Positions 46,574-57,419 of a stretch of 64,000 nucleotides of DNA are shown here, in pieces; the stretch's first letter is position 1, and the number at the start of each line of letters is the position of its first letter. The notes below the pieces were generated by a model. It had not been told where the DNA came from, searched no databases, and was given only the letters and a program-made list of their open reading frames with translations. Made by a program: the position numbers and the translations under genes. Source of the stretch: an uncultured Acidobacteriota bacterium (GTDB taxonomy: Bacteria; Acidobacteriota; Blastocatellia; RBC074); the NCBI GenBank assembly GCA_963796275.1, contig CAWCKY010000003.1, positions 672,001 to 736,000 on the forward strand. The letters run 5' to 3'.

Positions 46574-49500
46574 ATGATAAGTAAAAACAAGCGAACATTT
46601 CTTGCGGCATTGGTAATCGCAATATCAGCGATCAGTTCCTCTGCGCAGACGACGACCGGCACGTTTCTCGGTTACGTGAGGGACATGACCGGTCAGGTTC
46701 TGAGAGGGGCTAAGGTCACTGCGACCAATGAAGCTACGGGGTTGACGCGAACCGTCACGACAAGCGTAACCGGCGAATATGTGATCGCCCTGCTTCCAGT
46801 GGGCAAATACACCCTGACGTTCGAAGCCGGGGACTTCAAGCAGCGTTCGATCAAGGGAGTGGTGCTCGAGCTGGATCAGAGAGCCAGAATCGACACGGTA
46901 CTGGAGATCGGTCCGGTAACCGAAATAATCACGATCGACGACAGTAGCGCGGGAGCTTCGTTGACGCGCACCGAGACGGCCGAGGCGGGCGAAGTGATCG
47001 AGAACAAGCGGATCGTCGAACTTCCACTCAATGGACGGCTCTTTCTTCAACTCGCGCAACTGACGCCCGGCGTCGTCGAAAATTCGCGCGGCGCCTTCGG
47101 TCAGCAGCTTTCCAGCATCTCCGGGCCGCGTATCACTGTGATGGGCGCGCGCGAGAGCGATAACTATTTCACCCTGGACGGCGTAAGCGTGACCGACCGC
47201 TTTTTCAACACGCTCTCCGCGCCACTGGGGGTGGACGCGATTCAGGAATTCAAAGTACAGTCGAACCTTTACACCGCAGAAACCGGCACGCTCGGCGGCG
47301 CCCAGATAAACATCGCCATCAAGAGCGGAACGAACGCCCTGCACGGTTCGGCTTTCGGATTCCTGCGCAACGACAACTTAGATGCGCGCAATTACTTCGA
47401 TTTCCAGGGAAAACCCGAGTTCCGCCAGAACCAGTTCGGGGGAACGGTGGGTGGACCGATGATCAAAAACAAGGCCTTCTTTTTCGGTAATTACGAAGGG
47501 CTGCGTTTAGCCAAGGCTCAGACTCGCACGTTCATGGTGCCGTCAGACAGCCTGAGGGCAGGACAATTCACCACGCTGATTCGCGACCCTTCCCTTGGTC
47601 CTACGTGCACCGCAGCCGACCAGAGTGCCTGTTTCCCCGGGAACGTGATTCCCGACGCGCGCATCTCCAGCACGGCGAAGGCGCTGCTTCAATATGTGCC
47701 GCAGGCAAACCTTACCGGCGGGCCCTTTGGCAACAACTACATCGCGTCGCCGCAGGAGATCAACGACAACAATCAGTTCACGATCAAAACCGATTATCGG
47801 ATAGGGGAAAAAGATACGGCATTTATACGCTACACGTTCTACGATGTGAATGCCTATCAGCCCTATGGATTCGTAGCCTTTGCGAGCAGCCCGATCTCGA
47901 TACCCGGATTTGGCCAATTCGTCACCCAGCGTTCACAGAACGTGGCGGTCAGCGAGACGCACATCTTCAATCCGATGCTCGTCGGCGAGTTGAAAGTCGG
48001 ATTCAACCGAACGGCTGGTGGCCAGTTTCAAGAGAACAGCGACATACCTTTCGTTGCGCAGAACAACATACAGGGTGCCAGCACTGCTACGGTGGATCAG
48101 GGCATCCCGCGCATTACCCTCGCGGGGTTCAATGCATTCGGCGATGTAGCTACGCCCATCTCTCGCCGCGACAACGACTACCAGGCTAATTACAGCCTAT
48201 CATGGTTCCGCGGCAGCCATAACTTCATATTTGGAGGCATGTACAAGAGACTCCAGTACAATCCATTCATCGTTTCCAATAAACGGGGCCAATTCTCCTT
48301 CAATCCCAGCACCAATTTCACGGGTAACCCATTTGCCGATTTCCTGCTCGGACTGCCGACCAGTGCAAATGGCGGGTTCGGAGATGTCAGCATCTATCTC
48401 CGCGGGAACGAATGGCACGGTTACGTGCAGGATAACTGGAAAGCGACGAGGCGGCTCACCGTCAATTTGGGGGTGCGGTACGAATACGCCTCGCCATTCA
48501 CTGAAAAGAACAATCGTTGGTCGACTCTCGACATCCAGAATCGCCGGGTGATAATCGCGAGCGAGGATGGGCAAACGTATCCACAGAACCTGTGGATTCC
48601 TGGCATCCAGCAACAACTCGCTCCGCTGCAGATCGTCACATCCGAAGACGCCGGGTTAGATCCGTCGCTGGTAAACAGGGATATGAACAACGTCGCGCCG
48701 CGCATCGGCCTGGCGTTCGATGTATTCGGAAATCAGAAAACGGTTATCAGGACCGGATACGGCATCTATTACAACGCCGCATCCTTCAATACGTTTACAC
48801 TGCAGAGCCAGTCGCCGCCTTTCTTCAAGAGAATCATGGCTAACAATTCGGCGGCGATTTCATCGTCGATCAATAACATTCTAGCCAACCCGCTACAGGG
48901 TCTCCCGGCCTTCCAAACCTACGACATCAACTTCCGGTCGCCCTACTTCCAGCAATGGAATTTCGGCATCCAGCAGTTGCTGACGCAGAACCTGTTGCTC
49001 GAAGCGCAGTATCTGGGATCGAAAGGCACGAAGCTTTACACCAACATCTGGTATAACACTCCGGATGCGTCACCGCTGCCGCCCGGGCCGCGTGCGCCGT
49101 TCCCGAACCTCGCCAACTTTGCCTTGCAGGCAAGCGCCGCCAATTCGAGCTACCACGCGATGGTGTTGAAGACTGAGAAGCGGTTGTCGTCAGGTTTGAT
49201 GGTAATGGGCAGCTACACGTTTTCGAAGAGCATCGATAACGATTCGCTCGGAAACACGACCAACTCATCGGGCCTCGATCAGAGTAATATCAAGGCGCTC
49301 GAGCGTGGGTTGTCGAGTTTCGATGCGCGTCACCGCTTCGTTGCCAGTTATACCTACGACCTGCCGTTCAAGTCGAATAATAAATACATATTCGGCCTGC
49401 TCGGCAATTGGCAGATGGGTGGAATCATCACTCATCAGTCGGGGAACCCGTTCACGGTGAACCTCGCCGGCGAACGCTCGGGTAACGGTCTGGGCTTTAT

Positions 49501-49897
49501 AGGATATGCGAGGCCGAACCTGGTCGGGGATCCGAACCTGCCCAACGACCAGCGGACGACAGATCGATGGTTCAACACCGACGCCTTCACCCTGCAACCG
49601 GCCGGCTTTCTCGGAACTGCCGGGCGTAACGTCGTCGAGGGACCGGGGACGAATTCTGTGGACTTATCGCTGCTCAAGAACATACCGATAACCGAGCGCC
49701 ATAAGTTGCAGTTCCGGACCGAGTTCTTCAATTCCTTCAATCATGTGAACTTTGATGTTCCCGAAAGGATATGCTCCGTTCCGACAACCAGCGCGCTTGG
49801 CGGCGCGTCCTGTACAGTAGTCGGACAACCATTCGGCCGCATCAGCGCAGCGCGTGACCCGCGCATTCTGCAGTTCGCGTTGAAGTATATGTTCTAG
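46574..49897 (+). CDS. TonB-dependent receptor (Oar-like, with carboxypeptidase-regulatory-like N-domain)
   Basis: Signal peptide; LPLNGR; IKSGTN..HG; DARNYF; QDNWK..RLT.NLGVRYE; C-terminal LQFALKYMF. Confidence 0.92.
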   Translation: MISKNKRTFLAALVIAISAISSSAQTTTGTFLGYVRDMTGQVLRGAKVTATNEATGLTRTVTTSVTGEYVIALLPVGKYTLTFEAGDFKQRSIKGVVLELDQRARIDTVLEIGPVTEIITIDDSSAGASLTRTETAEAGEVIENKRIVELPLNGRLFLQLAQLTPGVVENSRGAFGQQLSSISGPRITVMGARESDNYFTLDGVSVTDRFFNTLSAPLGVDAIQEFKVQSNLYTAETGTLGGAQINIAIKSGTNALHGSAFGFLRNDNLDARNYFDFQGKPEFRQNQFGGTVGGPMIKNKAFFFGNYEGLRLAKAQTRTFMVPSDSLRAGQFTTLIRDPSLGPTCTAADQSACFPGNVIPDARISSTAKALLQYVPQANLTGGPFGNNYIASPQEINDNNQFTIKTDYRIGEKDTAFIRYTFYDVNAYQPYGFVAFASSPISIPGFGQFVTQRSQNVAVSETHIFNPMLVGELKVGFNRTAGGQFQENSDIPFVAQNNIQGASTATVDQGIPRITLAGFNAFGDVATPISRRDNDYQANYSLSWFRGSHNFIFGGMYKRLQYNPFIVSNKRGQFSFNPSTNFTGNPFADFLLGLPTSANGGFGDVSIYLRGNEWHGYVQDNWKATRRLTVNLGVRYEYASPFTEKNNRWSTLDIQNRRVIIASEDGQTYPQNLWIPGIQQQLAPLQIVTSEDAGLDPSLVNRDMNNVAPRIGLAFDVFGNQKTVIRTGYGIYYNAASFNTFTLQSQSPPFFKRIMANNSAAISSSINNILANPLQGLPAFQTYDINFRSPYFQQWNFGIQQLLTQNLLLEAQYLGSKGTKLYTNIWYNTPDASPLPPGPRAPFPNLANFALQASAANSSYHAMVLKTEKRLSSGLMVMGSYTFSKSIDNDSLGNTTNSSGLDQSNIKALERGLSSFDARHRFVASYTYDLPFKSNNKYIFGLLGNWQMGGIITHQSGNPFTVNLAGERSGNGLGFIGYARPNLVGDPNLPNDQRTTDRWFNTDAFTLQPAGFLGTAGRNVVEGPGTNSVDLSLLKNIPITERHKLQFRTEFFNSFNHVNFDVPERICSVPTTSALGGASCTVVGQPFGRISAARDPRILQFALKYMF

Positions 49898-49900
49898 GTA

Positions 49901-49935
49901 ATTTCCTGGGAGCGGAGCGCACCAGCTCTCAGGAA
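49901..49935 (+). terminator. Hairpin downstream of the receptor gene
   Basis: tttcctgggagc pairs with gctctcaggaaa. Confidence 0.5.
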
Positions 49936-49982
49936 ATGAATATCCTTCAGGGCATCGCTCAGTTAGAAGCGGACTTGGTGAT

Positions 49983-50053
49983 AACCCACGAAGTAACAAA
50001 AGAAGACGATGATAAGGAAGATGTCTTCGACTTTCTCAGTTACTTCGTGGTTT
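49983..50053. repeat. Imperfect palindrome (REP-like)
   Basis: ccacgaagtaac..gaagac pairs with gtcttcg..gttacttcgtgg. Confidence 0.6.
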
Positions 50054-50067
50054 ATTTTATTGGGGAG

Positions 50068-50270
50068 TGTGCGAATTAGTTGGCTATTATCGACAGTTTG
50101 AACCCGATGCGTGGATTACTCAGGTCTCACAAGCTCCGGGGGGGAGCGACATATGAATGCCTGTATGTCGCTCCGGAGTTTGTGAGATGTGGGTAATCGA
50201 ATGCTATGTACATCGGGCTCCTCCGGAGCCAATCAAAAACTGTTGATAATGACTAACTTTAATTTGCACG
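50068..50270. repeat. About 200-nt nested palindrome (REP/MITE-like)
   Basis: Outer gtgcgaattagttggctattatcgacagttt with aaactgttgataatgactaactttaatttgcac; inner tctcacaagctccgg with ccggagtttgtgaga; core gagcgacata with tatgtcgctc. Confidence 0.75.
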
Positions 50271-50347
50271 TCTTCATTTTATTCAAATCCATTTTTGCTC
50301 GTTTCCACGAATGAGTGGTATTCGAGTTAAAACAACGTAATAGAGTA

Positions 50348-51427
50348 ATGTTAATCCAACACGATCGCACCAGCCGTGCGAGTTTCGATTATGTCGAAGG
50401 TTTGAAGCGATATGTCACCCAAAAGATAACTCCCAGCTTGCGGGACGCATATGAAGCGGGAGCTCAGCATTACGCCCAAACGCACGACGGTGAGAAACCG
50501 GCGACGATCGAGCAGGTGGCCGAAGTAATGCGGCCGATGACGATCTACCAATACCATCGCGCCATCCAGCGCGCGAGCCAGGAGTTGATGTGGGCGGTCA
50601 TCTATGAATCGCTGGAACCGCGCCGCGCGGAACTGATCGAAGAGCTGAAACGCACATCCAGTAGTAATGCGCTCGGAAGCATCGTGACGAACCCGAATCT
50701 GAAGCTGCCGGAATATTACACGTCCGTGGATTTCCATCTACAGCCGCGCAGTTATTACGGCGACGAACTGGCCGGCATCGTCTATGACATAGGCGTACCC
50801 ATCTACGTGATGCGCCGAAACGGCTCGGATAGCGGTGAGAGCGGGCGCGCGCTGGCTTCTGTGATACCACCTGGGCGGTACTACAATATACTCGATATGG
50901 GTTGCGGAATCGGTCAGAAGACGATCCCGATTGCTGACGCTTTCCCGGGCGCTGATATCCATGCCATCGACCTGGCGGCACCGATGATCAGATATGCGCA
51001 CAAACGCGCCGAGCGGATGAGGCGCAAGATTCATTTCAGTCAGCAGAACGCCGAGCGAACCAACTTTGCGGGCGAGACATTCGATCTGGTCGTCTCGACG
51101 ATCCTGCTGCACGAACTTCCGCCGAATGCGATCCGCAATATGATCGCCGAGTCTTATCGGTTGTTAAAGCCGGGCGGATTGGCGGCGCATCTAGATCTGC
51201 CGCCCTACAACCGACAGTCGCCCTACGGTGCATTCCTGATGAATTGGGAGACGCGCAACAACGGCGAGCCGTACTGGCAGGCATTCCACGAACTCGATCT
51301 GCCCGGGATCTATGGTGAAGCCGGATTCAGGAACATCCGTGAGATTACCGCCGAAAGCAAGTGGAGCAGCGGCACCGGATTCTATTCCGGTAAATTCCCG
51401 TACTGGGTGACAATTGGGGAGAAATGA
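50348..51427 (+). CDS. Class I SAM-dependent methyltransferase with long N-terminal extension
   Basis: P.YY..VDFHLQP; ILDMGCGIG; FDLV.STILLHELP; NGEPYW. Confidence 0.88.
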   Translation: MLIQHDRTSRASFDYVEGLKRYVTQKITPSLRDAYEAGAQHYAQTHDGEKPATIEQVAEVMRPMTIYQYHRAIQRASQELMWAVIYESLEPRRAELIEELKRTSSSNALGSIVTNPNLKLPEYYTSVDFHLQPRSYYGDELAGIVYDIGVPIYVMRRNGSDSGESGRALASVIPPGRYYNILDMGCGIGQKTIPIADAFPGADIHAIDLAAPMIRYAHKRAERMRRKIHFSQQNAERTNFAGETFDLVVSTILLHELPPNAIRNMIAESYRLLKPGGLAAHLDLPPYNRQSPYGAFLMNWETRNNGEPYWQAFHELDLPGIYGEAGFRNIREITAESKWSSGTGFYSGKFPYWVTIGEK

Positions 51428-51472
51428 TTCAGGATTTTGCGAGGTCAAAATGAACGCTTCTGGTGAAATACG

Positions 51473-51736
51473 ATGAGATTGATCAAGAAACCGAGCCAAT
51501 TCGACGATCCGGCAATCGATGCACTGCTGAGTATCGTCCTTTCTCTGGGCAATGAGGTCTATGTGCTGCGCGACCGGATGCGCATCATCGAGACGCTGCT
51601 AGAAGCCAAAGGTACGATCTCGCGCGCCGACATCGATAAATACCAGCAAGCGCCGGAGGAAGCGGAATCTATCCGCAAGGAGGCCGATGCCTTCGTCTCA
51701 CGACTGTTCCGTACCTTCGAAAGTAACCAGGAATGA
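51473..51736 (+). CDS. Small helical hypothetical protein
   Basis: FDDPAIDALL...L.NEV.VLRDR...E.LL..KG; directly follows the methyltransferase. Confidence 0.7.
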   Translation: MRLIKKPSQFDDPAIDALLSIVLSLGNEVYVLRDRMRIIETLLEAKGTISRADIDKYQQAPEEAESIRKEADAFVSRLFRTFESNQE

Positions 51737-51870
51737 TTGTCAAACAACGCCTCAGCCCTGTATCCGATCTGCGCTAACCAGTTAAGGCATTCTGTCAGGG
51801 ACTTGCGATAAATTAGCCACACCCAACACTTTTTTGAGTTTAAAAAGTATGGTAGCTAATGAAATGGTTG

Positions 51871-51899
51871 TTGACTAAAAATACAATTCTGTATAGTCT
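51871..51899 (+). promoter_or_regulatory. Putative sigma70 promoter
   Basis: TTGACT-N17-TAGTCT in the same context as 43807 (gttgttgactaaaa...actggttt). Confidence 0.5.
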
Positions 51900-52746
51900 G
51901 TCAAACTGGTTTACAGTTGATCCATTCTGAATATTACTTAAGCGATCGCTTTCTGTGATACGCGTAACCAGTTATGCTGGTTGTATTTTAACTTGATGTT
52001 CTTTAATTCCAACTCATTACTCTGACTAACCATAATAGCCGGAGTAAATGCGAGTTTGGTTGCGGTGATTGGCGCCTGGAATAATGAGATCTCCCTGATC
52101 GATTGTCCAATGAACGGCGCTAGCTACTCATCACTTTCCAGCAACTATAACAACCTAGACTTTATGGTTGACTTTGCGATAAATCGCCCCTGCATTTAGT
52201 GTATTACTTATTAATTTTTTAGCCCACACTGATTGCTCTTCTTGCAGAGGTTCGGAGGGGTGTGTCATTAAGTATATGATAAATAAGGAAAAGGAAGCGA
52301 CAGGGCTTCCCGTATTTGAAACAACCGGGACTTTTAGTAAACGAAGCCGGTGCAATTTAAAGTTATCGAGGTAGCCAGTTTCTATTCTTTGGTTGAGGAG
52401 GGAAAGCCTGTTCAACGCAGAGGGGAGCCTGTGATAACAAGGTAAACTTTAATTTGCGCAGCTTCTACTAATTGAAACACTTATGGATCTGTTACTCCAA
52501 TTTGCATCTCTCTTATTGCTGTAACAAGGAATGATGGTGAATAGCGGTAGTTGGAGAAGATAAGTTGGAGAGCGTAATGAGCTTCAGTCAGACAACTCAG
52601 CCGGATCATTTCCCACGTGTGATCTTATAGACATAAGTATTGGTTGTTACCAAAATTCGCGTCTGGGTGGACTAATGGGCTAAAGATGGATTACCTCTTG
52701 CACTGACTAAATAGGGTAGATCTGTTATTTCGAGAGACCCTGAAAT

Positions 52747-53712
52747 ATGCGCGTTTTGTTGTTTTTGGTGGCATTCTTTTGGTCTATGTCCAGCTTACAG
52801 CATCCCATGGAGAAACAGGCGCTCGCTATAGCCCAGCGTGTGCTCGCAAGCGATCTCGATAACGGATTGCCGGCCTCACCATTCTCCTCCTGGTTTGAAC
52901 AAGTTGTTGGCCCGGATTCGGGAGTCGTCTGGCAGCTCGGTGAATGTGGCAAATCGATTAGCGATCCACCCCGGGCTTCTACCCGACAGGTTGCCCATGA
53001 TTCGAAACGACTGGAGATTGGCGATATCCCTGCTTGTGTGGAGGCCAACGCTGTTTTGCCTGATGGACGGAAAGTAGTCGTGATGATAAAAGTTGGGTCC
53101 TTTAGGAAAGGTATCACCGAGAACCCGGATTTCAATCTAGCGATGATCGAGCAGGGGGATGAGTTATACCTCATTAAACGGTTGAGCGATTTGCCCAAGA
53201 GGCTAAGCACACATCCAGACTTGGCAGAAAAGCTTGATATATTGTCCTTGCCTGAAGCCGAAGCAACTTCCAGGTTTGGTTTTTTCAAGGACTTTCAGCA
53301 GGGATTGCTGGATGTAATTAATAACAATCTATTATCCAGCGCTTCGATCGAATCCAGCCCACCACCACTACCGTCACCCCCAGCACCAGAGCAACGACCG
53401 CGAAGGGTGAGCCCGTCTGCGAAGATAGAGAATGAGTCAAAAAGCATTTTGCAGGGTCAAGCGGTGACCAAAGTGCAACCAGCATATCCTGTCAGCGCGA
53501 GAAGATTTAACGTCGCAGGGCAAGTTCAAGTTCAGGTTGGTATATCTGAAACGGGACGTGTGACCGAAGCAAAAGCACTCAGTGGACACCCGCTACTACG
53601 CGACGCGGCAGCAGATGCAGCCCGCAAGTGGGTATTTAATCCGACTACGTTCGACGGTGTTCCGGTGACGACGCAAATTGTCCTGACTTTTGATTTCACC
53701 GTGCCTAACTAA
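52747..53712 (+). CDS. TonB-family protein (unknown N-domain, Pro-rich linker, TonB C-terminal domain)
   Basis: Pro-rich linker; P.YP..AR....G.V.V...I.E.G.V....SGHPLL..AA..AARKW.F.P. Confidence 0.85.
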   Translation: MRVLLFLVAFFWSMSSLQHPMEKQALAIAQRVLASDLDNGLPASPFSSWFEQVVGPDSGVVWQLGECGKSISDPPRASTRQVAHDSKRLEIGDIPACVEANAVLPDGRKVVVMIKVGSFRKGITENPDFNLAMIEQGDELYLIKRLSDLPKRLSTHPDLAEKLDILSLPEAEATSRFGFFKDFQQGLLDVINNNLLSSASIESSPPPLPSPPAPEQRPRRVSPSAKIENESKSILQGQAVTKVQPAYPVSARRFNVAGQVQVQVGISETGRVTEAKALSGHPLLRDAAADAARKWVFNPTTFDGVPVTTQIVLTFDFTVPN

Positions 53713-53787
53713 CGAGGGAGAAAACTAAAAGCCCGTGCTCCTAGCTTCAGCTTATCAGAAAAGGAAAACGGAGGAATAGAAAGAAAT

Positions 53788-56700
53788 ATGTCTATCTACA
53801 GGAGTAATAATTTCGCCGCCCGATTTGCTTTACTCATAACAATTGGTACCACCATTTCCTTGGGAAACATACCTAACTTAATCGCGCCTGTAGCTGGGCA
53901 AGCCACCAAGGCAACAGTATCGGGTACGGTAACCGATGAAAAAGGGGACTTAATTCTGGATGCAAAGATCACGGCCGCAAACCTCGATACAGGCATCACG
54001 CGGGAGACCGCCACGGATCGAGAAGGCCGTTACCGTATACCTGAACTGACGCTGGGGAGATATGAGATATCGGTGGAGCAAAAGGGCTTTCGGTTGTACA
54101 TACAGCGTGGCGTGGAATTGACCGTCGGCCGTATGGCAGTCGTCGATTTTAAACTTGATGTGGGCGACATTCAGGAGAAGGTGGTTCTCGAACAGGATGC
54201 ATCACTGGTCGAGACAACCTCATCCTCCCTCGGACATTTGGTTAATCGCAAGCAGATCGAGCGGCTTCCATTGAATGGTAGGGACGTTTTGCAGTTAGCG
54301 ACTTTGGAGAACGGTGTACTGAGCACCGCATCGATCTCCGCCGCCCAGTCCGATGTTGGGGCGGGAACCACGCGGCTGGCGATCAATGGCGGGAGGACTG
54401 ACTTCAACGCTTACTTCCTCGATGGGACGGAGACATCGGACGCATTCGGTTATTCTCCCGGGGGATTAGGCGGCGGCTTTCTCGGAGTTGAAGCGCTCCG
54501 GGAATTCGAAATTATGACTTCGAATTACACGGCAGAGTTCGGCCACGGAGGCGGCGCCATCATCAACGCCGTCACAAAATCGGGAACCAATCAGTTTCAC
54601 GGGTCCGCCTTTGAATTCCTGCGCAACAGTGCGATGGACGCCCGTAATTTCTTCGATCTCAATGCAAATAAGCTGCCATTCAAACGCAATCAGTTCGGCG
54701 CAAGTCTTGGAGGTCCGATCATCAAGGACCGCGCTTTTATTTTCGGAAGCTATGAGGGATTGCGACGGCGCGAAGGTGTGCCGACGCTATTCAATGTCCC
54801 GAGCCTTGATGCCCGCATGGGGAATCTGATGAGCGGACCGGTGACCGTCGCTCCATCGGTCGTGCCGTATCTGGCCCTCTATCCATTGCCGAATGGGCCC
54901 ATTCTAGGCGATACGGGAGTATATAGGCGAGACTTCAATGAGAGGACCGATGAAGACTTTCTTACTCTCAGGGGGGATTACAAACTCACAGAACAGCACT
55001 CACTGGCGGGCCGGTACACCGGTGACGATTCCGAACTTCTCAAGGTTGGCGGGGTGATCCAGAATCTCAAGTTGGATAACACAAACCAATACGCCGCCCT
55101 AGAAGAGCTAACGATCGTCAGTCCACACGGAGTCAACAGCATCAGGGGCACCTACAATCGCTCGAAATTCAGTAGCGCCTTTCCCTTCATTGTTCCCATC
55201 GATCCGAGTCTGTCGTTCCTTCCGGGTCAGTCGATGGGAGCCTATTCCCTCGCCGGAGTTTCGGCGTTGCGGGAGTCGTTGACCGACGGCCGCAGATTCG
55301 TACTCAATCAGTTCGAGCTGAATGATCAATTCATCTATAGTATGGGGGCGCACTCCGTCAAAGTAGGCGGGTCGATCCGGCGTTATCAGCTCAACACCGA
55401 TTCAGCCTTTTTGAAGGATGGACTCTTCATCTACCAACAGGGTGGCCTCGCGCAATTTTTGGCTGGGACTCCGGATATCCTCTATACCACCTTGCCGGGT
55501 ACCGATTACTATCGCGGCATTCGCCAATCGCTCTTCGGCTTATACGTACAGGATGATTGGAAGGTGATACCTCGCCTGACGCTCAACCTCGGCTTGAGGT
55601 ATGAGCCGAGCACTACGCCGACAGATGTCAACGGCAGAGTATCCAACCTGCGCAATTTCACGGATGCGACGCCGACTGTGGGAGATCCCTACATCAAGAA
55701 TCCATCTTTGAGGAACATCGGGCCGAGAGTCGGGTTCGCCTATGACGTGTTCGGCGATGGAACGACGGCGATCCGCGGCGCGGCAGGCGTCTTCTATTCG
55801 GCGATTCTGCCCATGCGTTACCGGTTTGAAATTTCGAACGCAGCGCCATTCACTCAATTGGTAGCCCTGTCTGGGCCCTTCCCGAACGCGTTCAACCTTC
55901 CCGGCAACAGCCCAACCCCAGGGGGGCTTATCTGGGCGACCGAGTTCAATGCCGAACAGCCGACCGTCTACCAGTGGAACCTCAACATTCAACGCGAGGT
56001 GGGTCGAAACATGGTCGTCAGCGGCGGTTATGTGGGTTCTCGTGGTGTTCACCTGGAGTCCACCTATACGGGAAATGTGCGCAGTGACTACCAGATGGTC
56101 AATGGGCAGAAGTTCTTCCCGGCCGGCGGTGGCCCTCGAATCAACCCGAACTATTTCGCCATTTCGTATCTCAACTTCAATAGCGATTCCTCTTATCAAG
56201 CGCTGCAGCTCAACCTCACCAAGCGCTATGCGGCGGGCCTGCAATTCCAGGTGGCCTACACGCTGTCGAAATCCATTGACACATCATCGGCGCTCGATTC
56301 GGTCTTCTTCAATGGAGCATTGGGTGGCGACCGTCAAGATCCACTGGATACGCGAGCAGAGCGGGCGCTATCCGACTTCGACGCGCGTCACAATCTGGTA
56401 GCCAACTTCTTGTGGGACCTGCCTCTTGGCAAAGGTCACAAGATGGGTGGTGGCCTTCAAGGTCCTCTCGGTGCGCTCGTCGGCAACTGGTCGCTCGGAG
56501 GAATCCTGACATCGAGGAGCGGATTCCCCTTCGGAGTGGCGCTCGGCTTCGACCGGGCCAACAATGGGATCGATAACGTGCAATCGCAACGGCCCAATGT
56601 TACTCCCAGCCTGAACCTCGCGAATGCGCTAACCGACGACCCGATGAGATTTGTGAATCCCACTTTTTTCTCGCTTCAGGCGAGCGGGTTCTACGGGAAT

Positions 56701-56982
56701 GCGCCGAGAAATGCACTGAAGGGCCCAGATCTGCATAGCGTCGACATGACGTTAGCTAAACGAACTACGATCAACGAACGCATTCAGACGGAGTTCAGGT
56801 TAGAAGCGTTCAACCTATTCAACCTTACTAATTTCGCCCCGCCGGAAGCCGCCAACCGGATCATATACACGGGTGTAGACCCATCGACTGACGCCCCGAT
56901 ACTATCTTCGACTTTCGGGCAACTTACGCGAACTGCTGCCAGCGCGCGTCAACTCCAATTAGGGTTGAAGTTCCTCTGGTAG
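53788..56982 (+). CDS. TonB-dependent receptor (Oar-like)
   Basis: LPLNGRD, TKSGTNQFHG, QDDWK, C-terminal RQLQLGLKFLW. Confidence 0.92.
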   Translation: MSIYRSNNFAARFALLITIGTTISLGNIPNLIAPVAGQATKATVSGTVTDEKGDLILDAKITAANLDTGITRETATDREGRYRIPELTLGRYEISVEQKGFRLYIQRGVELTVGRMAVVDFKLDVGDIQEKVVLEQDASLVETTSSSLGHLVNRKQIERLPLNGRDVLQLATLENGVLSTASISAAQSDVGAGTTRLAINGGRTDFNAYFLDGTETSDAFGYSPGGLGGGFLGVEALREFEIMTSNYTAEFGHGGGAIINAVTKSGTNQFHGSAFEFLRNSAMDARNFFDLNANKLPFKRNQFGASLGGPIIKDRAFIFGSYEGLRRREGVPTLFNVPSLDARMGNLMSGPVTVAPSVVPYLALYPLPNGPILGDTGVYRRDFNERTDEDFLTLRGDYKLTEQHSLAGRYTGDDSELLKVGGVIQNLKLDNTNQYAALEELTIVSPHGVNSIRGTYNRSKFSSAFPFIVPIDPSLSFLPGQSMGAYSLAGVSALRESLTDGRRFVLNQFELNDQFIYSMGAHSVKVGGSIRRYQLNTDSAFLKDGLFIYQQGGLAQFLAGTPDILYTTLPGTDYYRGIRQSLFGLYVQDDWKVIPRLTLNLGLRYEPSTTPTDVNGRVSNLRNFTDATPTVGDPYIKNPSLRNIGPRVGFAYDVFGDGTTAIRGAAGVFYSAILPMRYRFEISNAAPFTQLVALSGPFPNAFNLPGNSPTPGGLIWATEFNAEQPTVYQWNLNIQREVGRNMVVSGGYVGSRGVHLESTYTGNVRSDYQMVNGQKFFPAGGGPRINPNYFAISYLNFNSDSSYQALQLNLTKRYAAGLQFQVAYTLSKSIDTSSALDSVFFNGALGGDRQDPLDTRAERALSDFDARHNLVANFLWDLPLGKGHKMGGGLQGPLGALVGNWSLGGILTSRSGFPFGVALGFDRANNGIDNVQSQRPNVTPSLNLANALTDDPMRFVNPTFFSLQASGFYGNAPRNALKGPDLHSVDMTLAKRTTINERIQTEFRLEAFNLFNLTNFAPPEAANRIIYTGVDPSTDAPILSSTFGQLTRTAASARQLQLGLKFLW

Positions 56983-57017
56983 AAAGGTAGAGTAAGTTAC
57001 ACGGCGAATGACGAGAA

Positions 57018-57062
57018 GAAGCAGCAGGCTGGTAGTAGTCTGCTGCTTCCGTTTATTAATTT
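57018..57062 (+). terminator. Intrinsic terminator-like hairpin
   Basis: gaagcagcaggct pairs with agtctgctgcttc, followed by a T-rich tract. Confidence 0.6.
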
Positions 57063-57419
57063 CGACTCCAAACCAGGAATCCGGATGACACGGATGCAAT
57101 GATTGGTCACGTATCATATACGGTCTCCTCTTCCTCGCTAATCGGGTTTCAATTGGTGAATAGATGATTCTAAGACTAATAGTTCCGTAAAGAGAAAGCT
57201 GTACAGATTGCGCGGCATAGATGATTAACATCGCTCAACTCCGTGCAATGGAGGCTATTATTCACGAGGATCGCGTTAGTCTTCGGTTCATTTAGTAACT
57301 CATTCAATTGAAAACGCAGTACCAGGAAAAGCTTTAGAAAAAAATATTGTTGTCGAGCGCTCCACTGGGACTATTGTCGGTCCTCGCTTTAGATAACACA
57401 TCCAAGATGGGGGATATAC

